A stretch of DNA of 64,000 nt from Octopus sinensis (GCF_006345805.1 NC_043004.1:100440001-100504000), one strand, 5' to 3'. Positions 35,517 through 50,997 are shown, numbered from the stretch's first letter. Numbers and translations: made by a program. The notes: generated by a model not told the origin, from the sequence alone.

Positions 35517-35868
35517 GTGGCTGTGTGGTAAGTAGCTTGCTAACCAATCACATGATTCCGGGTTCAGTCCCACTGCGTGGCATCTTGGGCAAGTGTCTTC
35601 TGCTATAGCCCCGGGCCGACCAATGCCTTGTGAGTGGATTTGGCAGAGGGAAACTGAAAGAAGCCTGTCGTATATAAATATATAAAGTGTGTGTGTATAT
35701 GTTTGTGTGTCTGTGTTTATCCCCGTCACTTAGCGGTTAGCAAAAGAGACCGATAGAATAAGTACTGGGCTTACAAAGAATAAGTCCCGGGGTCGATTTG
35801 CTCGACTAAAGGCGGTGCTCCAGCATGGCCGCAGTCAAGTGACTGAAACAAGTAAAAGAGTAAAGAGT
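35512..35868 (+). mobile_element. SINE family B
   Basis: Matches 15470-15870. Confidence 0.9.
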
Positions 35869-36459
35869 ATATACATATATGCAGCATAAATTATCCTGGC
35901 GAATAGCGAATCGTCTCATAAAATCGTACAGATACAGGGTATCCACAAAATTCAAATTCCATAGTATTCAAGTATAAACACATATTGGTATTTGTAAACT
36001 GCACTCACCTCTTCGTTTTCTATTTATATATATAAATATCAAAGATCATAAGCTCACTACCATATATGGTATGTACCATCGACTAAAGTAGTAGTTTTTC
36101 AAGGGGCATTGGCCCCGTGGAAAACTGGAAAATTGACGACGGAATATTGATATGCTTTATAAGAGAAATATGGAAACAGATGATTATGGCTTCACAATAA
36201 ACGTTCTCATTAACTCTTCACAAACTTAGTGCTTCTGACAACCACGGAACTAGAGTGTTACACATACACGCATACATACTTGTGTACATATGTGTATATA
36301 TATATGAATATATAAAAATAGTGTACACTTAAACACAAAAGAGGTGAGCCTTAACAGGTCATCTTACATGCTAGAAGGAACAGTCAAAAAGTCCAAACTA
36401 TATATGAATATATATATACATATAAACGCATATACATATATATGTAAGTGTATGTGTGT

Positions 36460-37700
<1,241 letters not shown>

Positions 37701-37749
37701 TGTGTGTATGTGTGTGTGCGTGTGAGTGTGTGTATGTGTGAGCATGTGC

Positions 37750-37886
37750 GTTCCAAAATTGTACAAAAAAAACAAAAGGCAGAGACAGGTGGTGAAGGTA
37801 CAACAAACAAGGAGTATTAATTTGACGCTCAGGAAAAATGGAAATGTCTTCGACGTTTCGATCCTATGCCTTTCTACAGAAAGAAA

Positions 37887-37888
<2 letters not shown>
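37750..37888 (-). mobile_element. pLTR-like fragment with degenerate minimal hammerhead (37847-37884)
   Basis: CTTT-CTGTAGA-..-GAAACGTC-GAAG; body related to 59085-59225 and 61198-61320. Confidence 0.55.
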
Positions 37889-37941
<53 letters not shown>

Positions 37942-38117
37942 ATAAATATTAGGGAATAAATCCAAATTTACAGGGAAAAAATCAGATTTAGGATTAAATC
38001 CAATTTTATAGTAAAATATTATAAAATATTATTAGAGACAAAACCACTATTTTGCAAAACAAACAAGGAAAGACTTAATCAATACATAAAATTTTAATAA
38101 ATAGTCAAAAAAAACCG

Positions 38118-38160
38118 CCACTACAATTGTTTCTTGTCTTGATCGACAATCTTCAGGTGG
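38118..38160 (-). ncRNA. Type I hammerhead ribozyme
   Basis: Reverse complement of 38208-38250. Confidence 0.85.
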
Positions 38161-38207
38161 ACTTCCAATAAGTCAGTTTCATAATTTGAAACTGACTTAT
38201 TGGAAGT

Positions 38208-38250
38208 CCACCTGAAGATTGTCGATCAAGACAAGAAACAATTGTAGTGG
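38208..38250 (+). ncRNA. Type I hammerhead ribozyme
   Basis: CCAC-CTGAAGA-TTGTC(GATCAA)GACAA-GAA-ACAATTGT-A-GTGG. Confidence 0.87.
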
Positions 38251-38337
38251 CGGTTTTTTTGACTATTTATTAAAATTTTATGTATTGATTAAGTCTTTCC
38301 TTGTTTGTTTTGCAAAATAGTGGTTTTGTCTCTAATA

Positions 38338-38401
<64 letters not shown>

Positions 38402-40479
38402 GCATATATATATATCCATTACAAAATAGCAATACTATCCCTACGTGCATTTAAAATATCATAAACTACTCTTTTTATATAGGGTCAATAACAGTGTATA
38501 TAAATAGATATCATTGTTAATATCATTAGTAATACTAGACATTCGACAGCATGTCTTTAATAAAACCATAAGAATAAGATCACACAAAATAAGGAATCTC
38601 AAGTTATAGTGTCTCTATAAACTAAGATAGTATTACCACGGTTGAAATGATTCTGATCACAATTATACATCATTGATTTACTGGATTAACAAACAATAAC
38701 ATAACCATATAGCGTGTTAAGCCGATTCGCCTTATTTTCCACAGAATTATTACTGAGAACTGCTCAATTTAATATACTTAGGCCTTAAAATAATGACCAG
38801 GATATATTATTCTATGACTGCATTCATATAAAAGTGCAGGATGTGCAGTCGCACAACCTGCAAGATATAGAAAATAGAAACCAAATTGCTGTCAAATCAT
38901 ATGTTGTGAATTTTAAGAAATGAGGAACATTGGATTATGGAATAACATCATTATAGATAGTCCGTATATGTGCGTGTGTACGTGAGTGTATGTGTACGTG
39001 TGTGTGTATGCGTCTGTGTGTGCGCGTGCGTACTTGCGTCTGTGTGTGCGCGGGTGTGTGTACAGTATGAGAAAGAGCCGAAGTGATGGCCATTAATGAA
39101 ACGCTTTTCATCATTAATCTCTTCGGTCAGAACTGATCGGGATCTAACAATAGCAAAAACAACAACAGACACAGAGACGGTAACAAGATTGCTTATCTAA
39201 TCCTCTTTACAGGCATAAGTGTCTTTCCATGGGAGCGAGTTTTTGATGATTTCCACTTAATTGTGCGGACCATTTGCAAAATCCCTCCATGAAAATGATC
39301 ATAGGCTAGAGAAATTGAACTAATCTCTACAAGACAACAAATTAGTGTTACTACATGAGGTGCATGATTTCAACTTTCAGAATAAAAGCTCTTCTGTATG
39401 GAAACATGACCCGGTAAAATCCAACGAATTATTAACTGTTTGTGTCTTACTCCATCCATCCATTCTCTCATAATTACTCACGTATACCGCCTTGTAATGT
39501 CCTTTCCTATCATGTGTCCCATTCAGGATGTCACTGTTCTGCACCTAGGATTAAAGTGTGAATAATAAAATCCCGCTCATCCTATAAACTCACATACATT
39601 ACGTCAATATCGTTCAGCCAAAAACACATTAGAGCAGATGATAATTTAATTAAAGGGAGCAATTAAAACTCCCATCGATACTTACTTGTATGTTTGGTTC
39701 CATTTCAAACTAGCGACAATGTACATTAACAATTGATCTGTTCGTTGTTATAGAGACTACTATTGTTGTGGTAGCTAATTCATTGATTAGTATTCTTTTT
39801 TTAATTATCGGGAGTGCTTTGAATCTGTTTTGAATCATTGAGCTTCGTTTTTCCTTCTCGTTTTTTTTCTTCTACTGCTCAGAAATTTGTACTTTTTTTT
39901 ATCTATTGTAATTATCGATATGATGTCACTGTGTCCACCATATTTGATTATTTCAATTTGCACATTTGTATCACTTCCAAACTTCCATTTCTAGTATTTA
40001 TTTGTGGTACACCCTCGTTGATTATATTTACCTATTAAAGAATTAATTCTATTCGAACATATCATATGCCGGTTGTTGTTCAGTTGTTCCATTAAATGGA
40101 GAATAACATCTATTGTTAACATAGTGCAATACTAACCGGGGTTAATTTCATTGCGGTTCTTGGTTCTATATTTACAGGACTTGAGTTCATATTGAATAAA
40201 CGCTGACATCAACTTCAACAACTAGGAGCAATTTGATTTACGTATTATTCTCTCGCATTTACAGTTCATCTTTGATCCCGTGCTCTCATAGATCTTCAGG
40301 AAGTGAGATCTTTCGTTTTGCTCTTTCTACAAAAAGAGAATTGTTATTTTACGTAATGACCGCTGACATAGGCAGTATTACAAGTTACCGCGCAAGGGAA
40401 GTTTACCAATCATCTGTACTATGCTTGCCATAGCATCTTACTTAATGGCTTCATAGAATGGTGTCGCACCTCTGCTCTT

Positions 40480-40740
40480 AGTCCTAAGAAGTACATGACC
40501 CAGCTTTTTGCACATAAAGTCATGATGAGTGACTATTTGGTGGGATGACAAGGACATCATTCTTCTTGAATGTCTGCACTGTGACTATACCGTTGACAGG
40601 AAGCGTCGTGCTGACACATTCAAAATGATTAGAAAAGCCACAAGTTGTAAGAGAACAAACAAGAATCTGGGAGTTACATTCACAATACATGAATACATGC
40701 ATCTTTGGCAACAAATCAGTCAATTGGTAAATTTGGCTCA
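40480..40740 (+). mobile_element. Degenerate mariner transposase fragment
   Basis: HKVMM.TIWWDDKDIILLECL..TVD, matching the mariner KVMxxxWWDxxGII motif. Confidence 0.65.
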
Positions 40741-41154
40741 TTAGTCATCCGCCACCCACTATACGGCAGGTTCGGTTTAATCAAGACGAGCGTTCCAGAA
40801 CAATTATTTGACGACACACACAAGATGAAAGTGGCTGGGCTTTGAAGAAATATATACGACAGGATACACCTGAATTTTTTCGACTAACATTCGTAAGTTG
40901 GTTTCGGCAATAGCACAATTGCATCAATTGTGCACTAGTTTTAGGGGGCGGAAGAGAAACTCTAACTACATATACAATTTGTAAGAGCAATGACAGATTA
41001 AAAAACAATTGTAATGGCACTTTTGCATTACTTTTGGTAGAACTCTCGAAAGAACTGGCACAAAACACATACATGCATACATTATACCTACCTACCTACC
41101 CACCTATCTACCTACATGCATACACACATACACACATACACAGACACATAAGTG

Positions 41155-41191
<37 letters not shown>

Positions 41192-42536
41192 TTGTGTGTG
41201 TGTATGTACATTGTGAATAAAAAGGAAAAGAAAAAAGATAACAAAAGAGAGTAGATATGAGTACCTATGTGTGTATACGTGAGTATGTGTTTGTACGTAT
41301 GAATGTATGTCATTGTCCAGTTTTATTTCAAGATTTCTTGCCAATAGAGAGAAAACTGGTTTCTAACCTAGATCCAAGGTTCTTTCATATGTATGTATGT
41401 ATGTATGCATGTATGTATGTATGTATGTAAGCTTGAATATATGTATGTGCGTTTATATGTATGTTTGTATGTATGTAGGTAGGTAGTAGGTAGGTAGGTA
41501 GGTAGGTAGTAATGTATGTATGTGTTATTGTTTCTGTTTTCACAAGTTCGGATTTATAAAATCTGTAGGTTATGTGATAATCTTCCAGTACTTGACAATC
41601 TTATTCTAGTTATTTAGAGAAAATTATTCTAATTCAATGACATTCTTCACTTCAGTGTGTGACAAATATATTATTCTCTTATCTTTAGAAATAGCTTTGT
41701 GATTTAGAATTGTTTCATAATTTTCTTTATTTTCTTTTCTTTAAGTTTCAAATCATTTGATTTTCCACTTATTTTATTGAAAAGGTAGCCAATTACTTGG
41801 ATAGCTCGAGTGCTTGTTGCTAATTACTTTTCTTTTGGCATTCACTTCATTTTCCAGCACGAATTTATTTCGCACATATACCTACATAGTATGTTCTATA
41901 TTCTATATAGTTTGATTTATCATTTCTAAAGAAACAAGATATTTTCACTTATCATATGCGTTAAATGTATCAAACGAAATTTTATATAAGTCATTGACTG
42001 ATAAGAGATTGCCACGTATGATATAATACGATAAGAAAATACGAATAGGTAATTTTACCCAATTGAAAATATATATATAATCAAAGATAATTATCACATG
42101 ACAAGACATAGAATAGATCACACGAAGCTGCAAAATACGCTATCTACCAGCGAAGACAATCCTAATGGCTAAAGACGCTAATCAGAAATAGCCAGTATCT
42201 GAAAAAAAGGTGATGGCAAATACAAATGTCTTTAAGATTAGAAAACGCAATCATAAGATATAACATTTAATGAAAATTGAATTGTGAACGTCTGTTTGTA
42301 CATGTATTATAGACACATACATATATAATATATGTGTGTATGTATATTGTATTGTATTATATTACATATATATGTATGCACATATATGTATATTTCTATA
42401 AATATGTATATATATATATATATGTGTGTGTGTGTTTATATATATAAATATATATATAGGCCACCACCACATACACAGACAGGTTAACAGAGACAAAGAA
42501 ATATAGATATGTATACAGAGATTGGTAGTCATTTAT

Positions 42537-42569
<33 letters not shown>

Positions 42570-42731
42570 TATATGTTATGGTAAAAATTTCTAGGATGTC
42601 TATGTACGATAAATTCTGACCTGTTGGACCGTAAGTATGTAATGGAGAATTATTAATAAAATATTTCATTTATTATGTTAAGAGTTGCGAAGGAGTTCCA
42701 GGTAGAGTAGAAGTGATGCAAACTGGTAGAA

Positions 42732-42808
<77 letters not shown>

Positions 42809-42857
42809 CAGCCCTGGTCAATTTATAAATCGTTCATCAATTATATTAATGAAAGGT

Positions 42858-43128
42858 CAGATAAAATAAAAAATAAATAAATGCGCCCTTTTAAAGCCTA
42901 GCCAGGCTCGTGGGCCCAGTTTTCCGGTTTCTATGATATATGTGTTCCCCAGCTGGACGGGACGCCAGTCCATCGCAGAGTCACTCATTTTGCCAGCTGA
43001 GTGGACTGAGGCAACGTGAAATGAAGTGTTTTGCTCAAGAATACAACGCGTCGCCCGGTCCAGGAATCGAAACCCCAATCTTACGATCATGGTGCTGACA
43101 CCCTAACCATTAAGCCACGCGCCTCCAC
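42858..43128 (-). mobile_element. tRNA-derived SINE, family D
   Basis: Reverse complement GGAGGCGCGTGGCTTAATGG..GTTTCGATTCC head; GCGATGGACTGGCGTCCCGTCCAG body. Confidence 0.85.
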
Positions 43129-43512
43129 GAAAGGTCAGGTAAAGTAAAATGTTAATCTAGTCTAAATACCAAGATGTTTGTATAGAGAGGTGTTTAATTT
43201 TTGGGTTTTTTTTTGTTAATTTTTAACACTAACAATGATCCTTGTCGATTTGTATATTGTTGACTTCATTTTCTTATATATCCTTCCTTTTATAAAATGG
43301 CTTGTTATGTTTGGAAGAGATTTGACTGTTATTTCATGCGGATTTAAGAGGAACCGAGGAGTGGCTACCACCTTTGCGCGTGTCTTGCGTTGTTGCTATT
43401 GTTTGGTCTAGCTTTTGCTTTGTAGATGTTATTTAGTCCCGAGTGTTTCTCAATCGTGTTGATGCAAGATCGTAGATATTTCGTCCATAACTTTCTCCTC
43501 CGTCAAGAGTCT

Positions 43513-43741
43513 CTCTTTACTCTTTCACGCTTTTACTTGTTTCAGTCATTTGACTGCGGCCATGCTGGAGCACCGCCTTTAGTCGAGCAAATCGGCCCCG
43601 GGACTTATTCTTTGTAAGCCCAATACATATTCTATCAGTCTCTTTTGCCGAACCGCCAAGTGACGGGGACGTAACACACCAGCATCGGTTGTCAAGCAAT
43701 GCTAGGGGGACAAACACAGACATACACATCATATATATATA

Positions 43742-43806
<65 letters not shown>

Positions 43807-43997
43807 ATAATAATATATAAAATAACTATATACGACAGGCTTTTTTTCAGTTTCCGTCTGCCAAATCCACTCGCAAGGCATTGGTCGGCCCGGGGCTATA
43901 GCAGAAGACACTTGCCCAAGATGCCAGGCAGTGGGACTGAACCCGGAACCATGTGGTTGGTTAGCTAGCTAATTGCCACACAGCCACTCCTGCGCCT
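43513..43997 (-). mobile_element. SINE family B with expanded internal (TA)n
   Basis: Reverse complement of 15470-15870. Confidence 0.9.
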
Positions 43998-44212
43998 ATA
44001 ACATTATGTTAGATAATATCTTTATTTGGTATGATTGTTTGGTAAATTCAGCAGCGAATTTCAGCCCTTGGAACTATCACGTAGAGTACCACCGCTAGTT
44101 TGTTTATCATCAATAAATAGTCAAGACATCTACAAGAAGAATTGAACTCAGCTCCACTGGTTATCCAATTCATTGTGCTTTCAGAGAATGAAGCGGCGAA
44201 TTGTTCCCATAC

Positions 44213-44288
44213 CTTGGTCGAACTGTTTGAATTCATTGATCTCTTTCACAACGCAGTGCTACTGATATGCATTTCGTCTTAAATATCT
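44213..44288 (-). other. Candidate non-coding exon
   Basis: TTTTCTTCCTCTAACAG acceptor and AAG|GTATGG donor; stops in all three frames. Confidence 0.3.
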
Positions 44289-45279
44289 CTGTTAGAGGAA
44301 GAAAACTAGAAGGTAAAACTCCTTCAATGGCCACTGTGAATAGTGAGCAGAAGAGGCGAAGTTATTCTCGAACCGGAATCCCGGTCTGTATACTTGCTAT
44401 AGACCTGACTCTCCTAAAAGATCCAAAAAGACCCCAGATAGTTTTAAACCGAGTGAATGATTAATTCTACTATTCACACAAGAACGAACTTCGCTGCAGT
44501 TTCCTTTTGTCGAATTTCATTCTTAAAGGTTTGGTCGCCTGATGCACCTAGTACAAAACACACTCGACCAAAGCCGCGAGTGGGGAACGAAATCGAAACC
44601 ACGTAGTTACAAAGTGAATTTTTGCACCACACATCAAAAACTGCACCCATGTACGATATGATACAGACATACTGTCTTTCCATTAGTTTATCCATTAAAG
44701 CAATCTCCCCCTACCACTCTTTCACCTTCTCCCCTCTGCCTTTGGCAACTTCATTAAATACAAGGATACAAACAGAAGAAATTACTAGGGTTCGGTTTAC
44801 CAACACAAACAGGTTCTTAAAAGAGTTGTTTTGACAAAGCTCGACCGGAAACTCGGATTAGACTAACACAAATATAATACGCGACAAGGCGGCCGGCACG
44901 CCGAAGAATCCACTGCAGCAAATGAATCTCAGCGCCATCTGGACAACAAACAAGGCAGATAAACATGCGGTTTATTGCAAGGGGAAACTGTGTGAGAACG
45001 TCATTTCAATTAAATTGGCAAATTAATTATGCAAATCACAACAACAGTGTTATTAAATGCCGCTATAAAAAGCTTAGAGTTTGGTTAAACTATATACTTT
45101 GAATTAAAGGAATCTGGAAACTGGCCAAGACTTTCGGGCAAATGCTAAGAGAGAGTCTGACTTCACTGACTGACGTCTAAATGGTTTTCCTGATTAATGC
45201 GTCGATTATATCCGGAATCTACAGGAAAGAAGCCATTGTCTTCGAGCTATTGTAACAAGGAATATCATTAGACAAAGCC

Positions 45280-46100
45280 ATCATCATCATTATAATCATC
45301 TCATCATCATCATCATTATTATCATCATCATCATTACCGTCGTCCTCTTCGTCGTAGTCTTCGTCGTCACCGATATCATTATCATCATCAGTTTCACCAT
45401 TGTCATCATCACCATCGTCATCATTACTGTAATTTTCATCAGCATCCTCATCGACAGTATCGCCTCTGCCATCGTCAACACTGCTACTACGATGACTATT
45501 TCTGTTCTAACCAATACACATCACCCCCGCCGCTATCAATGTAACTAAATAAAGTACAAACATGAACAATACAACAAGCACCCATACATATCACCAGTCG
45601 TCACCACCACCACCACCATTGATAATACGGATAAGCATACCACGACCGATAACAATACTGCCAATCCTAGCAAAAATTCCACCAACCACATCATCACCCT
45701 TACAGCAGCAACAACAACAACAACAAACACAAAAATACAGTTATCAACTAAAATAACAAACGGCCAACAGTAACAGTACTAAAACTACTACTACAACCAA
45801 TACTACCATCAATCTCTAGCACAGCCACCACTACCACCACATCTACTAACACCAAAACCACCCATCAAAAATACCACCACGAATAGAATTACCATCACCG
45901 ATACCACCTTCCACATCACCACCACCAACAATACAGGCCATCATCACAATCACCATCATCAATACCACCAACACCAATAGCACACCCGAAAATACCACCA
46001 CCATCCCCACGACTATCATCACCCTCACCCACCACCCACCAACACCTGATACTATCATTGTTACCATCGCCATAACACCACACCATGCTTCTAATCATTG
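45280..46100. repeat. (CAT/CAC/CAA)n low-complexity block
   Basis: Direct reading. Confidence 0.85.
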
Positions 46101-46394
46101 CTGTAGTAGGTTAAACTTCATTTAATTAAATTAAATCGCCGTCGCGCCATCCATCATCCACCATCTTGATTTTCTAATAATCTCATCTGAACTCGTCACA
46201 GCTTTCAACCTACTTTCTGGTATTATTCGAGATGTGAGGTCAGGAAAAACAATTATAGCCCTTTTAGGATCAGACTTCAAAGTGGATGCGAGGTGACGAA
46301 GGTCAATGATTACACAATGGACTAAAAGCAAATTGGTATAGAAACATTAAACTACATTTATCCAACGTACTTGCACGTATGTATGTTATATGTA

Positions 46395-46498
<104 letters not shown>

Positions 46499-46504
46499 TT
46501 TATG

Positions 46505-46537
<33 letters not shown>

Positions 46538-46721
46538 TATATTTATGTATAATATTAATATATATATGTGTGTGTGTATAATGTGTATGCATATAAATAC
46601 TTATATAAATATATTTAAATAGAGGAAGCACAATTAGCACAAAACATAGACAAAAGCTTTCAAGCACACGCAAACACACGCACATGTACACGCGCACATG
46701 CACACACACACACAGACATAT

Positions 46722-47165
46722 AGTCGCAGGCGTGGCTGTGTGGTAAGAAGATTGCTAACCAACCACACAGTTCTGGATTCAGTCACATTGCTTGACATTT
46801 TGTCTTCTTCTATGGCCCCGGGCCCCGGGCCGACCAATGCCTTGAGAGTTGATTTGGTAGACAGAAACTGAAAGAAGCCCATCGCATATAGATGTGTGTG
46901 TGTGTGTGTGTTTGTGTGTTTGTCTGTGTGTTTGTGTATCTGTATATCTGTGTCGTTGTGTATGCTTATGTATCTGTGATTGACTCACACCACTGCTTGA
47001 CAACCGGTATAGTAGTATTTACGTCCCCGACTTAGTGTTTCGTCAAAAGAGACCGGTAGAATAAGAAGCAAATTTTTAAAAAATCAGTACTGAGTTCAAT
47101 ACATTCGACTAAAAACATTCTTCAAGGCTGTGCCCTAGCATGGCTGTTGTCTAATGACAAACGAG
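46722..47165 (+). mobile_element. Degenerate SINE family B
   Basis: CGCAGGCGTGGCTGTGTGGTAAG head and family body. Confidence 0.8.
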
Positions 47166-47349
47166 CAAAAGGTAAAAGATAATACTTGCTTCCTTGTGTG
47201 CGTGGTGTGTGTGTGTGTGTGTCCATGTGTATGTGTGCATAGGTGTATGTAAAAATATATATATATGCATGTAAGCTTATGCATGCGTGTATGTATATAT
47301 ATGCATGTATGTGTATGCATATGTGTATGTCTATATACATTTATTCACA

Positions 47350-47790
47350 AGGCGGCGAGCTGGCAGAAACGTTAGCACGCCGGCGAAATACTTAGCGGTA
47401 TTTCGTCTGCCGTTACGTTCTGAGTTCAAATTCCGCCGAGGTCGACTTTGCCTTTCATCCTTTCGGGGTCGATAAATTAAATACCAGTTACGCACTGTGG
47501 TCGATATAATCGACTTAATCCGTCTGTCTGCCCGTGTTTGTCCCTCAAAGTTTAGCCCCTTGTGGGCAATAAAGAAATAAGAAACGTTAGCACGCCGGGC
47601 GAAATACTTAGCGGTATTTCGTCTGTCGTTATGTTCTGAGTTGAAATTCCGCCGAGTTCGACTTTGCATTTCATCCTTTCGAAGTCGATAAGCGAGGTAT
47701 CTGTTGCGAACTGGGTTCGATCTAATCGACTGGCCTCCTCCCGCAAAATTTCGGGCCTTGTGCCTAGAGTAGAAATATGTATATATATAT
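47350..47790 (+). mobile_element. Two tandem family A SINEs (second is 5'-truncated)
   Basis: GAAACGTTAGCACGCCGG repeats at about 47367 and 47581. Confidence 0.85.
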
Positions 47791-48809
47791 TCATGTATAT
47801 GAACGAATTCATACATATGCACACAATATGGATACACACACTTACAGAAGGGATTAGTGTTTGATAGACAACTTTGATTTGTCCGAATATATGACCTCAC
47901 CCCATGGCAACGTCGGGTTAGTCCTCCACTTGACTGGCCTGTATAAACTATTAAATTCCTCGTTTGTATTGAACTCACAATTCTTGAGATTTGTACTGAA
48001 CTATAAAATTCTAGGACGACATATAAGTACAATATGGAACACATATCAAGAAATTTTACTTGGCCCTACAACAGAATGACAACCAATTTTCTCGAATTAA
48101 AAGCTATCTTAAAGCAAAAATGTATTCGTTTGGAATGATGTCAGCTGTTAATATTGATGCTTGTGGAAACTTGGTTTTCCTCTCTCATAATTACATCGTA
48201 ATAATACGGTGGCGGCAGCAGCGGCAGTGGTGTTGGTGGCGGTAATGTTGGCAGCGGCTTGGCGGCGATGGTGGTGTTGATGGTGATTGTGGTGGTCATC
48301 GTGGTGGTGGCGGCGACGGCGGCTAGGCGGCGTTACTGCAATTGCTCTTATTAAGAATGATGAACAACCAAAGGGGGGCATACTTCTGAGCTGTCTCTCC
48401 TGTCGATTAACGATACATCTGTAGCTTGCAAGTGCTTACTTTTATTTTAAATAATTGCTTACCAACATAACGTCGGATCTATATGATGTTTTAGCGGCGG
48501 TTTCTTTCATTGGTTTTACTTTAAATCAGGTCCCATTGATTAGTATTGTGATAAAAGAAAATTTCATCTTTGACTATTCCATGTTTTGCCTTTGAAACAA
48601 CGTACTTAGAACATCAAACAATGAGAATGTGTGTTCAACACCACATTAGAGCATAAAGAAAATTGATCTGTGTTTTGAGGTTACCATTGGTTTCATGTTA
48701 AGGAATATATCAAAATTATTCAAGCCTGTCACATAGAAAAAGTGACGAACACCCTTCTTTCTAAGTAATATTCTTGAATGATTGTTGAGATAGCCTTGAT
48801 ACACAAATA

Positions 48810-48856
<47 letters not shown>

Positions 48857-48901
48857 TGTGTGTGTGTGTGTGGTGTATGTGCCTGTGCGTATGTGTGTGT
48901 C

Positions 48902-49268
48902 TAATTTAGGAGTTAGTTACAGGTTTATTTACTGATTTTATTTACTGATACTGTTGGACACAGGGTAAATGTGTTTCTTTGTTGCAGTTTAATTAATGAA
49001 GTTAATGCTAAATCCTTTCTAGAATTAAGTTTGGATGAATGTGGTGATAAAGCATTCATTGTTATATTAATAACTATGGAAGACTGGTGGGAATATTATC
49101 TGTATGGATTTAAAGGATTAATCGCTATTTAGTTAGTTAATTTAGGAGTCAGTTATAGGTTTGCTTATTGAATTTGTTCATATGGTAAATGTGTTTCTTT
49201 GCTGTAGTTTAATTAATCAAGTTAATGTTTAATCCTTCCTAGAATTAAGACTGAATGAATGTCATGAT
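48902..49268. repeat. Diverged direct repeat of about 140 bp (48902-49045, 49139-49268)
   Basis: TAATTTAGGAGT..GGTAAATGTGTTTCTTTG..CTAGAATTAAG in both copies. Confidence 0.75.
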
Positions 49269-49436
49269 TTCTTATTTTAGTACTGTTGACACCGCCGGAT
49301 TGGATGGTCCTGCCCAGGTGTTGAAACCATAGTGATATCTGTAGGGCAGCTGATGATGGAGGTATGCTGGATTGTTGGTATGGCTGTTATTGTTGTATGT
49401 GCGAAATAATATTATAACACATACATTTGTTATATA

Positions 49437-50904
49437 TATTGGACCATCCCATAAATAATGCGATTTTTTTCTTTTATTTTTCAAAATTAAGATTAGGTTC
49501 TCGCTCATTTTCTACAATGCTCTTCCATCAATCCGGTAGACTTGTCTGTGTCGAAAAATACTCCTCCAGTACTTTTCTGACGTCCTCTACAGAATTCATT
49601 TTTTTCCATCCAGGTCATTTTGAAGAATGCAGAATAAATAATAATCAGATGCAATTCCCGACGACTATTGTGGGTGAGGCTTCGTTGCCCATTTAAACTG
49701 CTCCGAGCTCTGGGATGACATCCTCACTCTATATGGCTGAGCATTATCCTGATGGAAGAACACTTTTCGTCTTCAAACCAAAGTTGGTCGTTTTTCTTCT
49801 AGCGCTGACTTAAGCCGCTCAAAGCTGCTCCCAGTAGATCTCCGTTGCTATCATTTGGTTTGGGTTTAAAAGTTCAAAATGCGCTTAACCTTTCACATAC
49901 CACCAAACAGACAACACCTTGTGTGAGTGAAGACCTTCTTTAGCTTGGGTTGTCGGTGTTTCTCCTTTCCTTATCCACTGTCTTCGGCGCTTGACATTTT
50001 TTATAGAGAACCTCTTCCTCGTCACCAGTCGTTATTCGCTCCAAAAAAGGTTCATTCGTGAGACATGACAGCAAAGAAGAGTACACATTCGCTCTCTGGG
50101 CGCGATTAGACTCGAAAACTTTGTGAGGAAGCCATTTACCCAATTTGCTGACTTTTCCGATGGCATGCAGGCGTCGATGAATGGTTGAATGACCATTTGG
50201 TCATTCAATCATTCATTGACGCTTCTCTAGCCTCTCTGCAAGTTCTTAAATAGTTACGATGGGATTTTGCTCCACCAGGGCTTGAAGGAGGTCCTCATCG
50301 AGCTCCAAAGATCTTCTAGAGCAATTCTCGTCTTCTAGGTTGTAGTTTCCGTTCAGAATTTCTGGAACCACTATTGACACTGGCTTACACTTATTGTCAG
50401 ATCCCCATATACTGCATTAATATTCCTCACACTTTCCGTTGCATTGTTGCCTTTATTGAACTCATAAAGCAGAATATGGCGAATATGCTCCTTTATCACT
50501 TCCATTATAGTTTTGAAAAAATAACTGTTAAAATGCTCTTCCACCTATCTGGTGGACTTGCCTGTGACAAAAAATACTCCTCCAGTACTTTTCTGACGTC
50601 CTCTACAGAATTCATATTTTTTCCGTCCAAGTCATTTTGAAGAATGCAGAATAAATAATAATCAGATGCAATGCCCGACGACTATTGTGGGTGGGGCTTC
50701 GTTGCCCATTTAAACTGCTCCAACCTCCGGGATGACATCCTCACTCTATGTGGCCGAGCACTTTCCTGATGGAAGAAACTGCACTCTTCAAAACTGGCAC
50801 TAAGGTAAAATTACTACCTGCTTTTATGGCAAGTTGATGCAGGTAGTTTTTACCGTCCCCCTCCGGCAACTGAAAAACCGCATTATTTATGGGATGACCC
50901 AATA
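49437..50904 (-). mobile_element. Mariner element with internal duplication of the transposase 3' part
   Basis: TIRs TTGG(A/G)(C/T)CATCCCATAAATAATGCG at both ends with TA flanks; about 49515-49770 is repeated at about 50530-50785. Confidence 0.88.
49490..50505 (-). pseudogene. Mariner DD(34)D transposase, disrupted
   Basis: MEVIKEHIRHILLYEFNKG, GKWLPH, RITTGDE, ASDYYLF. Confidence 0.88.
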
Positions 50905-50923
50905 TACATATACATATATGTAT

Positions 50924-50997
<74 letters not shown>

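Larger units (their letters stand above)
37940..38347. mobile_element. HHR-bearing near-perfect palindrome (arms 38020-38181 / 38187-38347, 5-nt loop) between (TA)n tracts
   Basis: Direct reverse-complement match with one homopolymer indel. Confidence 0.9.

Noticed and set aside
39207-39360. Plus-strand acceptor CTAATCCTCTTTACAG with a short open frame
   Set aside because: Stops in all frames before any good donor.
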